From positions 1 to 64,000 of the IMG/VR virus record IMGVR_UViG_3300010371_000002: a DNA stretch of 64,000 nucleotides. One strand, written 5' to 3'. Shown here piece by piece: positions 63,224-64,000 of the stretch (positions are counted from its first letter, which is position 1; every line of letters begins with the position of its first letter). Source of the DNA: a virus. The position numbers and the translations under genes were made by a program. The notes beneath the pieces are model-generated. The model saw only the letters and a list, made by a program, of their open reading frames with translations. It searched no databases and had not been told where the DNA came from.

Positions 63224-64000
63224 CGGCATGGAAGCCCGTTCGCTTCAGCGCCCGGAGGAATGCCGTCCTTTCCTTCTTGTATTGAGTATTTCTTGTTTTA
63301 ATTCTACTCTGAATAGGGTATAATTCAGTGTACATGAAGCAAGTAATCGTCCTGAAATTGGAACCATCGCCCGAGCAGTATAAATCGCTCCTGGAAACGA
63401 TGGAGGCTTTCAATATTGGCTGCCAGTATGTTGCCGATGTTGCCTATGAGAAGCGTCTTGCGAACAAGATCGCGCTCCAAAAGATCGTGTACGGCGAGCT
63501 TCGCGGCACCTATGGCCTTTCGTCTCAAATGGCGATCCGAGCGATTGCGAAAGCCTGTGAAGCCTACAAGCGTGACCGGCGCATTCACGTTCAGTTCGAC
63601 CTCTACGGCGCGATGGTCTACGATCAGCGCATTATGAGCTTTAAGGGGCTGACACACGTTTCGCTGCTGTGCTTGGCCGGACGAGAGATTGTCCCGATAC
63701 GGTATGGCGCTTATCAGTCCGCAAGGATCGATAGAGCCAAAGGACAGGCCGACCTCATTTATCGCGACGGCGTTTTCTGGCTTTGTGTGACTATCGATCT
63801 GCCCACGTCGCCGCCAATAGACCCGACTGGCGTTATTGGTGTTGACCTTGGAGTTATCAATCTCGCGGTCGATAGTGACGGGGAAATGCACTCGGGCGAT
63901 TCCGTCAAACAATGTCGCCGACGGTTTCAGAAACTTCGTGCTGGGCTTCAGTCGTGCGGTACGAAGTCGGCCAAGCGACACCTGAAGCGTATCCGGCAAA
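63224..64000 (+). mobile_element. IS200/IS605-family element (no tnpA upstream, IS1341-like), truncated by the window end
   Basis: Left-end-type hairpin CGGCAT-GGAAGCCCG..CGCTTCAGCG..CGGAGG-AATGCCG (63224-63265) followed directly by tnpB. Confidence 0.75.
63334..64000 (+). CDS. tnpB: TnpB RNA-guided nuclease (5' part; absent from the ORF track because it runs off the end)
   Basis: Open frame MKQVIVLKLEPSPEQ...LLETMEAFN..C...LSSQMAIRAI...VIGVDLGVINLAVDSDG (RuvC-I)...TKSAKRHLKR. Confidence 0.92.
   Translation, partial: MKQVIVLKLEPSPEQYKSLLETMEAFNIGCQYVADVAYEKRLANKIALQKIVYGELRGTYGLSSQMAIRAIAKACEAYKRDRRIHVQFDLYGAMVYDQRIMSFKGLTHVSLLCLAGREIVPIRYGAYQSARIDRAKGQADLIYRDGVFWLCVTIDLPTSPPIDPTGVIGVDLGVINLAVDSDGEMHSGDSVKQCRRRFQKLRAGLQSCGTKSAKRHLKRIRQ

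Larger units (their letters stand above)
1..64000. mobile_element. Tailed dsDNA phage/prophage genome segment (siphovirus-like, Mu-like head genes)
   Basis: Collinear terminase, portal, protease/scaffold, capsid, head-tail, tail tube, chaperone, tape measure, tail and lysis genes on the minus strand; dense small early ORFs; no host housekeeping genes. Confidence 0.97.

Noticed and set aside
63325-63999. 224-aa minus-strand ORF in the track
   Set aside because: Shadow of the plus-strand tnpB frame, which has recognisable motifs.
1-64000. Stop-codon reassignment
   Set aside because: Core genes are full length under the standard bacterial code, and TAA, TAG and TGA all terminate genes.

Overview
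The whole 64 kb looks like part of a GC-rich tailed dsDNA phage or prophage, probably a siphovirus: it has a tail tube, a frameshifted tail chaperone and a tape measure gene, but no sheath. No integrase or replication genes fall inside the window, and the host cannot be named from sequence alone. Layout: (i) 1-10.3 kb, back-to-back sigma70-type promoters at ~2.06-2.12 kb driving two divergent arrays of small early genes; (ii) a long minus-strand late region running from an HNH gene, metallopeptidase, terminase and Mu gp29-like portal, through a tRNA-like RNA and a methyltransferase/glycosyltransferase cluster, a 1179-aa head polyprotein, capsid, head-tail and tail genes, sugar-binding tail proteins and an SGNH esterase, to holin-like genes, accessory enzymes and a DUF1906 endolysin; (iii) inserted accessory genes (morons), including an acyltransferase-3, an aspartyl protease pair and zinc-ribbon proteins; (iv) a TnpB gene of an IS200/IS605-family element cut off by the right edge. 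The best candidates for something new are three. First, the head polyprotein fuses a MuF-like domain, a zinc ribbon, an Acb1-like 2H phosphoesterase, the prohead protease and the scaffold, with Phe motifs at the domain boundaries and internal ribosome-binding sites, suggesting a self-processing, capsid-packaged anti-defence enzyme. Second, a 142-nt oversized tRNA mimic lies in the late operon. Third, there is a putative virion glycosylation and acetylation/deacetylation toolkit. All family assignments come from motif recognition by eye, not database searches.
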